Of a stretch of 64,000 nt of DNA, positions 20,616 to 29,988 are shown one piece after another (position 1 is the first letter of the stretch; each line of letters starts with the position of its first letter). Below the pieces are notes generated by a model that saw only the letters and a list, made by a program, of their open reading frames with translations, searched no databases and was not told the DNA's origin. A program made the translations under genes and the position numbers. The stretch is from Thermoanaerobaculaceae bacterium (lineage in GTDB: Bacteria > Acidobacteriota > Thermoanaerobaculia > Multivoradales > UBA5704), in assembly GCA_963778565.1 (NCBI GenBank), contig CAVZUZ010000010.1, forward strand, positions 64,065 to 128,064, read 5' to 3'.

Positions 20616-21574
20616 CTTCGTCCGCCGGCTCCTCGACACCGAGCAAGTCGCCCTTGTCCTTACGGGCTCCTCCGCCCGGCTCCTCAGCCGCGAGATCGCC
20701 TCCAGCTTGCGCGGGCGAAGCCTGTCGACCGAAATCCTCCCCTTCAGCTTTGCGGAATCCCTGCGCCACGCGGGAGTGGCGCCGCCCGAGAGTTGGCCGC
20801 CCGGTGCGAAGCAACGCTCGCTTTTGGAGCACCGGCTCGACCGTTATCTCGAGACCGGCGGGTTCCCTGAAGTCCAGGCGATCCCTCAGGAGCTGCGGAT
20901 TCGCGTGCTCCAGGAGTACATCGACGTGGTGATCTTCCGGGACGTCGTCGAGCGTCACGGAGTGGACAACCTGCCGGCCCTGCGCTACCTGGAGCGAAGG
21001 CTGCTGGCGAGCCCTGCCGGCAGGTTCAGCGTCAGCAAGCTGTTCAACGACCTCAAGTCGCAGGGGATGCGGGTGGGCAAGGACACGCTGTACGAATACC
21101 TCGCCCACCTGGAAGACAGCTTCCTCCTCTTTACGCTGGCGCTCGCCTCTCCCTCGGCGCGGGTCCGCCAGGTCAATCCCCGCAAGTGCTATCCGATCGA
21201 TCCCGCCCTGGCGGCGGCCGTTTCCTTCCAAGCCTCGGAGAACGTGGGCCACCTGCTGGAAACCGCGGTCTACCTGGAGCTGCGGCGCCGGCGACGGTCT
21301 CTGGCCTACGTCGCGACTCGCTCGGGCTATGAAGTCGATTTCCTGGCGGAGGACTCCGGAGGCTCCCGCGAGCTCGTGCAGGTCTGCGCCGACCTGAAGG
21401 ACCCGGTGACCCGTCAGCGCGAGCTCCGCGCCCTGGAGGAGGGGATGAAAGAGACTCTCCTGCGAGCAGGCCACCCTGGTCACGCTGCGGGAGGAGGCCT
21501 CTGCCGAGATCGGCGGCCGTCCGGTCCGCATCGTCCCGGCCTGGCGCTGGCTGTTGGAACCCGAGGCGGCCTGA
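20616..21574 (+). pseudogene. 5'-truncated AAA-ATPase (AAA_14 + DUF4143 type) with a frameshift near 21455
   Basis: Begins mid-domain (…LLDTEQVALVLTGSSARLLSREIASSLRGRSLSTEILPFSFAE) just after an in-frame TGA; the Walker A part is absent. The DUF4143-like body is intact. The C-terminus LVTLREEASAEIGGRPVRIVPAWRWLL sits in another frame and ends at TGA 21572-21574. Confidence 0.7.
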
Positions 21575-21681
21575 GCCCCGATCTCCTCAGCGCCGCCCCT
21601 GCAATTCTGTCCAGCTCGGGAAATCGGTCCGGCGCCAGCGGTCCCTCGTCACATCCAGGTATGATTCGGCACGGAGGAGAC

Positions 21682-22165
21682 ATGCCACGCGCCAAGCGCT
21701 ACTGGTTGATGAAATGCGAGCCCGAGGCGTACGCGATCGACGACCTCGAGCGGGACGGCACGACGACCTGGGAGGGGGTGCGCAACTTCCAGGCGCGGAA
21801 TTTCCTGCGCGACGAGATGAAGGTGGGCGATGGCGTGCTCTTCTACGCCTCGAACGCCGATCCCACGGGCGTCACCGGCGTCGCCGAGGTCTCTCGCGAG
21901 GGCTATCCCGATCCCTTCGCCTTCAAGAAGGGCCATCACTATTACGACGCCAAGAGCGATCCCGAGAATCCCACGTGGTACATGGTGGACATCCGCTTCG
22001 TCGAGAAGCTCCCGCAGATCGTGACGCTTTCCGACGCTCAAGGAGACGCCGGGCCTCGGGAAGATGATGGTGGTGCAAAAGGGATCGCGGCTGTCGGTGC
22101 AGCCTGCCACGAAAGAGGAATTCGAGATCGTGCGCAAGCTCGGCCGCCGCGGACGCAAGGCATGA
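21682..22165 (+). pseudogene. EVE (PUA-like) domain protein with one frameshift near 22045
   Basis: RYWLMKCEPEAYAIDDL...TTWEGVRNFQARNFLRDEMKVGDGVLFY.S......GVTGVAEV are EVE hallmarks. GGAGGAG lies upstream of the ATG. The expected C-terminus LKETPGLGKMMVVQKGSRLSVQPATKEEFEIV reads in the next frame. Its TGA overlaps the CPXCG ATG (ATGA). Confidence 0.8.
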
Positions 22166-22362
22166 GAGAGCACGACGGCTACTGGGCCGACGCGATCGAG
22201 GTGCAGTGCCCGTACTGCGGCGAGCGGGTCGAGATCTCGATCGAGCCGGACGTGTTCGGCACGCTGGTCCAGGATTGCGAAGTCTGCTGCAACCCCTGGC
22301 AGGTCACGATCGCCCGCGACCGCCATGGCGATCCCGACGTGCGCGTGGAAAGAGCGCAGTAG
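22162..22362 (+). CDS. CPXCG-motif cysteine-rich zinc-ribbon protein (paralog 2)
   Basis: 66 aa, MREHDGYWADAIEVQCPYCGE...CEVCCNPW. Translationally coupled to the EVE gene. Confidence 0.8.
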   Translation: MREHDGYWADAIEVQCPYCGERVEISIEPDVFGTLVQDCEVCCNPWQVTIARDRHGDPDVRVERAQ

Positions 22363-22447
22363 GCCCCTCGACAAGGTCTCGAAGAATCCACAAGAAGCGC
22401 CGCCGGGGATCGCTCCCCGGCGGCGGAGGGTGAAAGGAGGCGCCGTG

Positions 22448-25408
22448 CTACCGGAAGCTGATCCGCGCGCCCAGACGGTAGACGCGGGGGCTCAGGATCT
22501 CGAGCACGTGGTCGGAGTTGTTGCGGAGCAGCACGCCCTGCCGCTGCAGGACGTACGACTCGTTCAAGGCGTTGAACACGTCGGCGCCCAGCGTCAGTCC
22601 GAGGTCGCTGAAGGTGAGCTCCTTCTCCAGCCGCAGGTCGACGACGTGGATGTCGGGATAGCGGAAGGCGTCCGGGTCCGACTGCACGGGGATGTCGATG
22701 CCCGAGCCCGCGTTGTCGGAGATCGTGCCGCGAACGACGCGGTTGACGTAGCGCAGCGGATAGCCTTGGCGGCCGGTCAGGTTCGCGGCGACGTTGAAGC
22801 CCCAGGGGCGGTCGGGCGAGATCTGATACATGCCGTTGAGACTGTAGGACCACTCGCTGTTGATGAACACGTTGCCCTTGGAGCCGGAGACGGCGCCTGA
22901 GCCCTGGAGCACCTCGGTGCCGTCGACGACGGCGCCGCCGACGGTGTCGGTGGGATCCTCGTTTTCGCTGTCCGGAATGTTCCAGGTCCAGTCCTGCCAC
23001 GAGACGTTGCCGCGCATCATCCAGCGGTTGGACAGGCGCTTGTTGAAGGTCAGCGACGCGCCGAGGAACTCCTGCTCGCGATCGCCGTTCTCCAGGCGGA
23101 AGCCGTTGCGGGTGCTGACGCCGTCGACGAGCTCGAAGAAGCGGATCGTGTGGGTGCGGCCGTCGGGCGCCGTGACGGTTTGAGTCCGCTCCTCGTAGTC
23201 GCTGCGCCGATGGACGCGGCCGACGCTGCCGAGGAAGGCGGGGGCGAAGGGGTCGTCGGTGTCGAAGACCAGCCGCTCGGTCTCGAGCGCCTTGGTCAGC
23301 CGGCGGGCGCTCAGGTTGAGCCCGACGACGAATTCGGGAAGCAGGGCGTGCTCGACGCCGAGCAGCACTTCGTCGGTGATCGGGGCGCTGAGGTCCGGAT
23401 CGACGTCGAAGGACTGCAGCGGCAGGAGCGTGATGGGGTTGACGTTGGGACTGGGCGCGAAGACCTCGGGTCCGATCTCATCCCGCTCCAACGTCGCTCC
23501 GTCGCCATTGGTGGTGTAGAAGTAGCGGTAGCCCAACCCGCCCATCGGATTGAGGAAGCCAGCCGCGGCGGTGCCGAGCTGGTCGGCGAACCGCGAGTAG
23601 CTGGCTCGCAACAGGGTCTTGCGCTCCGCCCCGAGGGCATAGGTCAGGCCGAGCCGCGGCGTCACGTCGCTCCAGGTGAACCCGGAGTCCTGGCCCGCGT
23701 AGTCGATGGCGGGCAGAAGCTCGGGGGCCACCGGGTTGGCGCCGGCGCTGGAAGCCTTGTTCTCGCCTTCCTGACGGTCAAAACGCACGCCGAGGTTGAC
23801 CGTGAGATTCCCCACCGCCAGCGTGTCCTGGGCGTAAACGTTCGTATAGTCGATGCCGACCGTCGGTTGGGCGTCACGGGCCAGCAGGAGCAGCGGGAAA
23901 TCGTCGGCCGGATCCGCCGACTGTGGCAGCACGAGCTCGAGGCCGCCGCCCGGCCAGCGGACCAGGGTGGACGACTCGGCCGTGCGGTAGCCGGCCCCGT
24001 ACTTCAGCTCGTGGGCGAGACTGCCGGTGTTGAAGAAGTTCGAGCCGTCGAGCTTGGCCTGCTCCTGTGGACGTTCGATCTGCTGCAGCACGAAGCTGTT
24101 GTGCCACCGCAGGTCACGGTCGCGAACGGCCAGAGCGTCGCCGCCCTGGGGCACGAGCTGGAAGCCGCCGTTGACCTCCGAGTACATGCCGGTGGCGTAG
24201 AAGCTGCTGCCGAAGATCTGGGTGTCCTCCACCTTCCAGGCGGTCGGATCGGGACCGAACTTGGACTGGTTCCAGGTGGTCTCCTGGGGCCGCAGCGGAC
24301 CGGCGTTGCGGCCGATCTTGACCTTGTCGCTCTGCCAGGCGAACGCCGTGGCCGAGTTGCTGGCCGTGAGCTGGGCGTTGAGCTTGGCGTTCCAGTCCTC
24401 CAACGTCGTCTTGTCGCTGAAGTCGTTGATCGTCAGCAGCTCGATCTCCGGCTTGGCATAGGAGCCCCAGATCCACAGCCGGTCGCGGACGATCGGGCCT
24501 CCGGCCTCGACGCCCCAGTCGACGACGCTGTCGATGCGGTTGCCCTGGCTGAAGGCGGTCTGCGGCCGATTGTTGTTCCACGGGCCGCCCCGGGCGAGGT
24601 CGTTGTCGTCGAACTCGAGGTCCGACTGCGTACTGTCGGTGGAGACGAGATAGCGGCCGGAGCCGCGCCACTCGTTGGTGCCCCGCTTGGTGACCATGTT
24701 GAGCACCACGCCGCCGGTGGCGATGGTGGCGTCGCTGCCGCCCGTCGTCACCTGCATCTCCTCGAAAGCGTCGAAGTCGTAGTAGCCGGGCGAGGAGCCG
24801 AGGGCCGCCATGTCGGTGATGACCACGCCGTCCACGGACCACACCGCCTGGTCGCCGCCCGAGCCGGGTCCGACGTACTGCGACTGCTGGCCGCTCTCGT
24901 TGCCGCCGACGTTGATGCGGTCCGTCAGCACCCCTGGAGTCGACTGCAGGACCGCCCAGGGATCGCGCGCCGAGGGGATGCGCTCGAGGTCGGCGTTGGT
25001 TACCGTGTTGCCGGTCGCGACGCGCCGGGTGTCCAGGAGCGGCGACTCGGCCGTGACGTTGATGATCTCCTCGATCTGGGCCGAGAGCTCGAGCTCGACT
25101 TGCGTGTTGCGGCCCACGTTGATGACGATGCCGGAGGACTCGAGAGGTGAGTACCCCTGAACCTCGGCCTTCACCGAGTAGGTCCCGGGCGACAGGCCGA
25201 GGAACCGGAACCGGCCCTGGCTGTCGGTCACCTGAATCTGCGGGGCGCCGCCTCCTGTCAGAGTGACGGAGACTCCGGGAAGCGTCTCGCCGCCCGGTCC
25301 CGAGACCGTGCCATAGAGGTTGCCGCTCTGCAACTGAGCCATCGCCGGCACGGCGAGAAGCAGCAGCAAGGCGGCAAGGGTTAGCGCGCGTGAAACGGAA
25401 CGATGCAT
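22448..25408 (-). CDS. TonB-dependent-receptor-like outer-membrane protein with an N-terminal carboxypeptidase-regulatory-like domain (paralog 1, intact)
   Basis: ATG at 25408 with GAAGGAGG upstream. The signal peptide is followed by QLQSGNLYGTV...G.LPGVSVTL...D..G.FRF..L.PGTY (CarboxypepD_reg). Plug-like block IPSARDPWAVLQSTPGV...INVGGNESGQQ. Long beta-barrel region ending ...RLGARISFR. Confidence 0.85.
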   Translation of the reverse strand: MHRSVSRALTLAALLLLLAVPAMAQLQSGNLYGTVSGPGGETLPGVSVTLTGGGAPQIQVTDSQGRFRFLGLSPGTYSVKAEVQGYSPLESSGIVINVGRNTQVELELSAQIEEIINVTAESPLLDTRRVATGNTVTNADLERIPSARDPWAVLQSTPGVLTDRINVGGNESGQQSQYVGPGSGGDQAVWSVDGVVITDMAALGSSPGYYDFDAFEEMQVTTGGSDATIATGGVVLNMVTKRGTNEWRGSGRYLVSTDSTQSDLEFDDNDLARGGPWNNNRPQTAFSQGNRIDSVVDWGVEAGGPIVRDRLWIWGSYAKPEIELLTINDFSDKTTLEDWNAKLNAQLTASNSATAFAWQSDKVKIGRNAGPLRPQETTWNQSKFGPDPTAWKVEDTQIFGSSFYATGMYSEVNGGFQLVPQGGDALAVRDRDLRWHNSFVLQQIERPQEQAKLDGSNFFNTGSLAHELKYGAGYRTAESSTLVRWPGGGLELVLPQSADPADDFPLLLLARDAQPTVGIDYTNVYAQDTLAVGNLTVNLGVRFDRQEGENKASSAGANPVAPELLPAIDYAGQDSGFTWSDVTPRLGLTYALGAERKTLLRASYSRFADQLGTAAAGFLNPMGGLGYRYFYTTNGDGATLERDEIGPEVFAPSPNVNPITLLPLQSFDVDPDLSAPITDEVLLGVEHALLPEFVVGLNLSARRLTKALETERLVFDTDDPFAPAFLGSVGRVHRRSDYEERTQTVTAPDGRTHTIRFFELVDGVSTRNGFRLENGDREQEFLGASLTFNKRLSNRWMMRGNVSWQDWTWNIPDSENEDPTDTVGGAVVDGTEVLQGSGAVSGSKGNVFINSEWSYSLNGMYQISPDRPWGFNVAANLTGRQGYPLRYVNRVVRGTISDNAGSGIDIPVQSDPDAFRYPDIHVVDLRLEKELTFSDLGLTLGADVFNALNESYVLQRQGVLLRNNSDHVLEILSPRVYRLGARISFR

Positions 25409-25498
25409 CTTCAAAGAAACCTCCTTCTCGTGAGGGTTGAAGCTCGGGGAGATGAGCGCCGCAATGCCTCGTCTCCCGCTACGGCTACAGCCTTGCCT

Positions 25499-25565
25499 GA
25501 GCAAGGCCCGTGCCGCCCTGTGCAAAAGATGGCTTTGGCGCGCTAAACGCTTATAACTTATTGAT
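25499..25565 (-). promoter_or_regulatory. Sigma-54 type -24/-12 promoter plus upstream IHF-like site for receptor paralog 1
   Basis: The minus strand reads cGGCACGGGCCTTGCTc (25515-25499), against the consensus TGGCACG-N4-TTGCW with the correct GG-to-GC spacing. ATCAATAAGTTA (25565-25554) fits WATCAANNNNTTR about 45 nt upstream. The leader to the ATG is about 90 nt. Confidence 0.5.
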
Positions 25566-25835
25566 GTTTCCGGCACGCGTGCCTGCGGAACATGAATTCT
25601 CGGCGCCGGGCGGCCGATCCAGAGAATTGAATGCTGGCCCGCGGCGGAACGGCGTCCGGCTCGCGCCGGCTCGCAACCGGCACCACGATTTCCGCCGTTC
25701 GTCCCGGAGAGCCCGCGATCTGCCACAGAACGCGGTTTGGCACAGAATTCCGGGCGGCGATTCGAAAGTTTGAATGCGTGCGGGAGCCGCCGCGGATGCT
25801 GCAGATCCTCCGCGGCGGCTTGCAGTACAAGCGTG

Positions 25836-28785
25836 CTATCTGAAGCTGAGCCGTGCGCCGAGGCGGTAGACGCGCGGGCTCAGGATCTCGAGCACGTGAT
25901 CGGCGTTGTTGCGGGCCAGCACGCCCTGCCGCTGCAGGACGTACGACTCGTTGAGGGCGTTGAACACGTCGACGCCGAGCGTCAGGCCGAAGTCGCTGAA
26001 GGTGAAGCTCCTTCTCCGCCCGCAGGTCGACGACGTGGAGATCGGGATAGCGGAAGCCGTCCGGGTCCGCCTGAATCGGGATGTCGATGCCCGATCCCCC
26101 GTTGTCGGAGATCGTGGCGCGGTTGACGCGGTGGACGTAGCGCAGCGGGTAGCCCTGGCGGCCGGTCAGGTTCGCGGCGACGTTGAAGCCCCAGCCGCGG
26201 TCGGGCGCGATCTGATACATGCCGTTCAAGCTGTAGGACCACTCGCTGTTGATGAACACGTTGCCCTTGGCGCCGGAGGCGATGCCGGAGCCCTGGAGCA
26301 CCTCGGTGCCGTCCACGGTGCCGCCGCCGATGGTGTCGGTCGGGTCCTCGTTCTCGCTGTCCGGGATGTTCCAGGTCCAGTCCTGCCAGGAGACGTTGCC
26401 GCGCATCATCCAGCGGTTGGAGAGGCGCTTGTTGAAGGTCAGCGACGCGCCGAGGAACTCCTGCTCGCGATCGCCGTTCTCCAGGCGGAAGCCGTTGCGG
26501 GTGCTCACGCCCGGACGCAGCTCCCAGTAGTGGACCGTGTAGGTGCGGCCGTCGGGAGCTGCGGCGGTCGCGGTTTGCTCGACGTAGTCGCTCCGCCGGT
26601 GGACGCGGCCGACGCTGTCGAGGAGGCCGGGGGCGAAGGGATCGCCGACGTCGAAGACCAGCCGCTCGGCTTCGAGCAGGCCGGTGAGCTGGCGATAGCT
26701 CAGGTTCAGTCCGACGACGAAGCTCCGGCCGCAGGGCGTGCTCGACGCCGAGCAGCAGCTCGTCGCTGAGCGGGGCGCTCGAAGTCCGCATCCACGGCGA
26801 ACGACTGCAGCGGCTGGAGGGTGAAGGGATTGACGTTGCCGCTGGGAGGACCCACCTCGGGTCCGAGCTCGCCGCGCTCCAGGGTGGGGCCGCCGGCGTT
26901 GGTGGTCAGGAAGTAGCGGTAGCCGAGCCCGCCGAGAGGGTTGAGGAAGCCGGCCGTGGCGGTGCCGAGCTGGTCGGCGAACCGCGAGTAGCTGGCGCGC
27001 AGCAGGGTCTTGCGCTCGGCGCCGAGGACGTAGGTGAGGCCGAGCCGCGGCGAGACGTCGCTCCAGGTGAAGCCGGCGTCCTCGCCGGCGTAGTGGACCT
27101 CGGGCAGCAGCTCGGGGAACACGGGATTGGCGGCGGCGACGGAGGGCAGGTTCTCGCCGGTCTGGCGGTCCCACCGCAGGCCGACGTTGGCCGTGAGGTT
27201 GCCCACCGCGAGGGTGTCCTGAACGTAGGCGTTGGTGTACTCGGCCTTGATGCGTGGGACGAGGCGTCGCGCGCCAGGGCCAGCAGGTGCGGTCCGCCGA
27301 GGTCCAGCTCGAGGCCGCCGCCCGGCCAGCGCACCAGGGTGACGACTGCTCGGCCGTGCGATAGCCGGCCCCGTACTTCAGCTCGTGGGAGAGGCTGCCG
27401 GTGTTGAAGAAGTTGGCGGCGTCGAGCTTGCCCTGCTCCTGCGGCCGCTCGATCTGCTGGAGGAGGAAGCTGTTGTGCCACTGCAGGGTGGCGTCGCGGA
27501 ACGGCAGCTTGTCGCCGCCCTGGGGCGCGAGCTGGAAGCCGCCGTTGACCTTCGAGTACATGCCGGTGACGAAGAAGCTGCTGTCGAAGATGTGGGTGTC
27601 CTCCACCTTGTAGGCGGTCGGATCGGGGCCGAACTTGGACTGGTTCCAGGTGGTCTCCTGCGGGCGCAGCGGTCCGGCGTTGCGGCCGATCTTGACCTTG
27701 TCGCTCTGCCAGGCGAAGAGGGTCGCCGAGTTGTTGGCGGCGACCTGGGCGTTCACCTTGACGTTCCAGTCCTCCAGCGTCGTCTTGTCGCTGAAGTCGC
27801 TGATCGTCAGCAGATCGATCTCCGGCTTGGCGTAGGAGCCCCACACCCAGATGCGGTCGCGCACCAGCGGGCCGCCGAGCTCGACGCCCAGGTCCTCGAT
27901 CTTGACGATGCGGTTGCCCTGCTTGAAGGCGGTCTGGGCGCGGCCGTTGTTCCAGGGGCCGGCCTGGCCGAGGTCGCCGCGGTCGAACTCGAGGTCGGAC
28001 TGGGTGCTGTCGTCGGAAACGTAGTAGCGGGCCGAGCCGCGCCACTCGTTGGTGCCGCGCTTGGTCACCATGTTGAGCACCACGCCGCCGGTGGCGGTGG
28101 CGGCGTCGCTGCCGCCGGTCGTCACCTGCATCTCCTCGAAGGCGTCGAAATCGTAGTAGCCGGGCGAGGAGCCGAGGGCGGCCATGTCGGTGAGCACCAT
28201 GCCGTCGAGCGACCATACCGCCTGATCGCAGAGGGAGCCGGGGCCGACGAACTGCGACTGCTGGCCGCTCTCGCTGCCGCCGACGTTCATGCGGTCCATC
28301 AGCACTCCCGGGGTCGACTGCAGGACGCCCCAGGGATCGCGGACGCTGGGAATCCTCTCGAGCTCCTCGAGGGTGACCGTCTGCTCGCGGCCGGTACGGC
28401 GGGGATCGAGGAGCGGCGGCTTTTCGGCGACGACGATCATGACGTCCGAGATCTGCAGCGGGAGCTCGATCACGGTGTTGCGGCCGACGTTGACGTCGAT
28501 GTTCTCCTGCCGGGTGACGGCGAAACCCTCCAGGCTGGTCTCCACGGCATAGGTGCCGGGCGACAGGCCCGGGAAACGGAATTTGCCGTTGGCGTCGCTC
28601 ATCTGGGTGAGGGAAGCGCCGGCGCCGGTGAGAACCACCGTCACACCCGGCATCGGCTGGCCTTCGGGGCCGACGGTGGTGCCGTACAGGTTACCGCTCT
28701 GCAGTTGGGCCGTCGCCGGCAGGGCGAAGAGCAGCAGCAGCATGGCAAGCGCGAGCGCGCGCGATGGAAAGGACTGATAGCTCAT
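25836..28785 (-). pseudogene. TonB-dependent-receptor-like outer-membrane protein (paralog 2) with at least four frameshifts
   Basis: Same architecture as paralog 1 (MSYQSFPSRALALAMLLLLFALPATAQLQSGNLYG...). Reading shifts near 27350, 27240, 26770 and 26005. At 26005 the sequence ggtgaagctcc compares with ggtgagctcc in paralog 1. The reconstructed end ...RLGARLSFR stops at TAG 25836-25838. Confidence 0.8.
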
Positions 28786-28890
28786 CTAAAAGTCTCCTTA
28801 TCGTTATCGTTCAGAATCGAGGGTCAGGAAAGAAATCGATCGATCAGAGTCCGTGCTCTCACCTCCTTTCTCGCAATGGTCAGGCCGAGA

Positions 28891-28959
28891 GAGCAAGGCA
28901 TGTGCCGCGGCGGCTAAAAAGAGCAAGGTCCGGCGGCTAAGCCTTTGAAACTTAGTGAT
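28891..28959 (-). promoter_or_regulatory. Sigma-54 type -24/-12 promoter plus IHF-like site for receptor paralog 2
   Basis: The minus strand reads cGGCACATGCCTTGCTc (28907-28891). ATCACTAAGTTT (28959-28948) is an imperfect IHF-like site at the same distance as in paralog 1. Confidence 0.45.
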
Positions 28960-29191
28960 CTTTTCCTGTTGACACCATGGACAAGTTGGAACGTGCGGAG
29001 CGCCGCTCGATCCAGCGGATTGGATGAGATCCGGCGGTGAGCGGCGGGCTTTGCGAGGCTCGTTCAGCGATCGAAACTGCGATGTCGGCGATTCATCCCG
29101 AAATCCCGGCGGCCCGTCACGGAAACAGGATTGAAACGATTTTCCGGGGCGGGTAATTCGAAAGCTTGAACGGAGAGCAAGACATTCCGGT

Positions 29192-29395
29192 AGAGACGTT
29201 CCAGCCCCTCCACGACATCCGCTGTAGGCCACGGGGACGGCGGAACGTCTCCGGAGAGGCAATCCCGACGCTTCCGGCAATACCGAATTGGGCAGGCGCG
29301 TTTTCCGGGGATCGCGGCAGGCGGAGCGGCGAACCCTTCGGGAGACGTTCCGCCGTGGCCTGCGATGGATATCGCGGACGGGCTGGAACGTCTCT
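29192..29395. repeat. Family-C element: two ~60-nt hairpin units in inverted orientation
   Basis: Unit 1: GAGACGTTCCAGCCCCTCCACGACATCCGCTGTAGGCCACGGGGACGGCGGAACGTCTCC. Unit 2 (about 29341-29395) is its imperfect reverse complement. Each unit is bounded by GAGACGTTCC/GGAACGTCTC. Confidence 0.55.
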
Positions 29396-29461
29396 ACGGA
29401 CGATGTTTTCGAAGGGCGCGCCTTGACTCGCGATTCCCCGGGCGGCAGGATGGAGGCGGCC

Positions 29462-29833
29462 ATGCACACCATCTGCAAGGACTTCACCTTCGCCGCGGCG
29501 CATGCGATCCGCGGGCACACCCGCGGTTGCGAGAACCTGCACGGGCACAACTACCGGGTGCGGGTGCACCTGCGGGCCGAACGGCTGGACGAGCTGGGGA
29601 TGGTGCTGGACTTCGCCGATCTCAAAGCCCTGATGCAGGAGATCCTGGGGCCTTTCGACCACCACGTCATCAACGACATCCCGCCCTTCGACCGCCGCAA
29701 CACCACGGCGGAGCTGTTGAGCCAGTACGTCTTCGAGGAGGTCGAGCGGCGGCTCGCGCCGCAGGAGCGGGTGCGGGTGACGCGGGTGGAGGTGTGGGAG
29801 AACGACACCTCGTGCGCGCTCTACGAGCCTTGA
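29462..29833 (+). CDS. queD: 6-carboxy-5,6,7,8-tetrahydropterin synthase (PTPS family)
   Basis: F.AAH......C.NLHGHNY.V.V........LDE.GMV.DF.DLK are QueD/PTPS motifs. GGAGG lies 5 nt upstream of ATG 29462; an alternative ATG is at 29450. Confidence 0.85.
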   Translation: MHTICKDFTFAAAHAIRGHTRGCENLHGHNYRVRVHLRAERLDELGMVLDFADLKALMQEILGPFDHHVINDIPPFDRRNTTAELLSQYVFEEVERRLAPQERVRVTRVEVWENDTSCALYEP

Positions 29834-29848
29834 CGGGTCGATGAGCCC

Positions 29849-29884
29849 GACCGGATCGACCGGATCGACCGGATCGATCGGATA
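29849..29884. repeat. Intergenic 9-bp tandem repeat (GACCGGATC x3 plus one degenerate copy)
   Basis: gaccggatc gaccggatc gaccggatc gatcggata, lying between queD and the efflux adaptor gene. Confidence 0.7.
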
Positions 29885-29988
29885 GAATCCTCGGCGTTCA
29901 GAGCAACTTCCGGCTTGGCGGTCCGTAATGAAGCTCCGCAGGGCCTTGGAATCCACCCGGAACAACAGAGAGAGGAAGAGCGAAAAGA

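Noticed and set aside
14743-22362. CPXCG copies as attL/attR direct repeats of an integrated element
   Set aside because: The copies are inverted rather than direct and only ~88% identical. Both encode conserved proteins, and no integrase is present.
23150-25150. 666-aa plus-strand ORF, and the similar 27385..28917 and 60073..61203 ORFs
   Set aside because: All are antisense shadows of the receptor paralogs, with low-complexity Gly/Ala/Val/Arg/Asp-rich translations.
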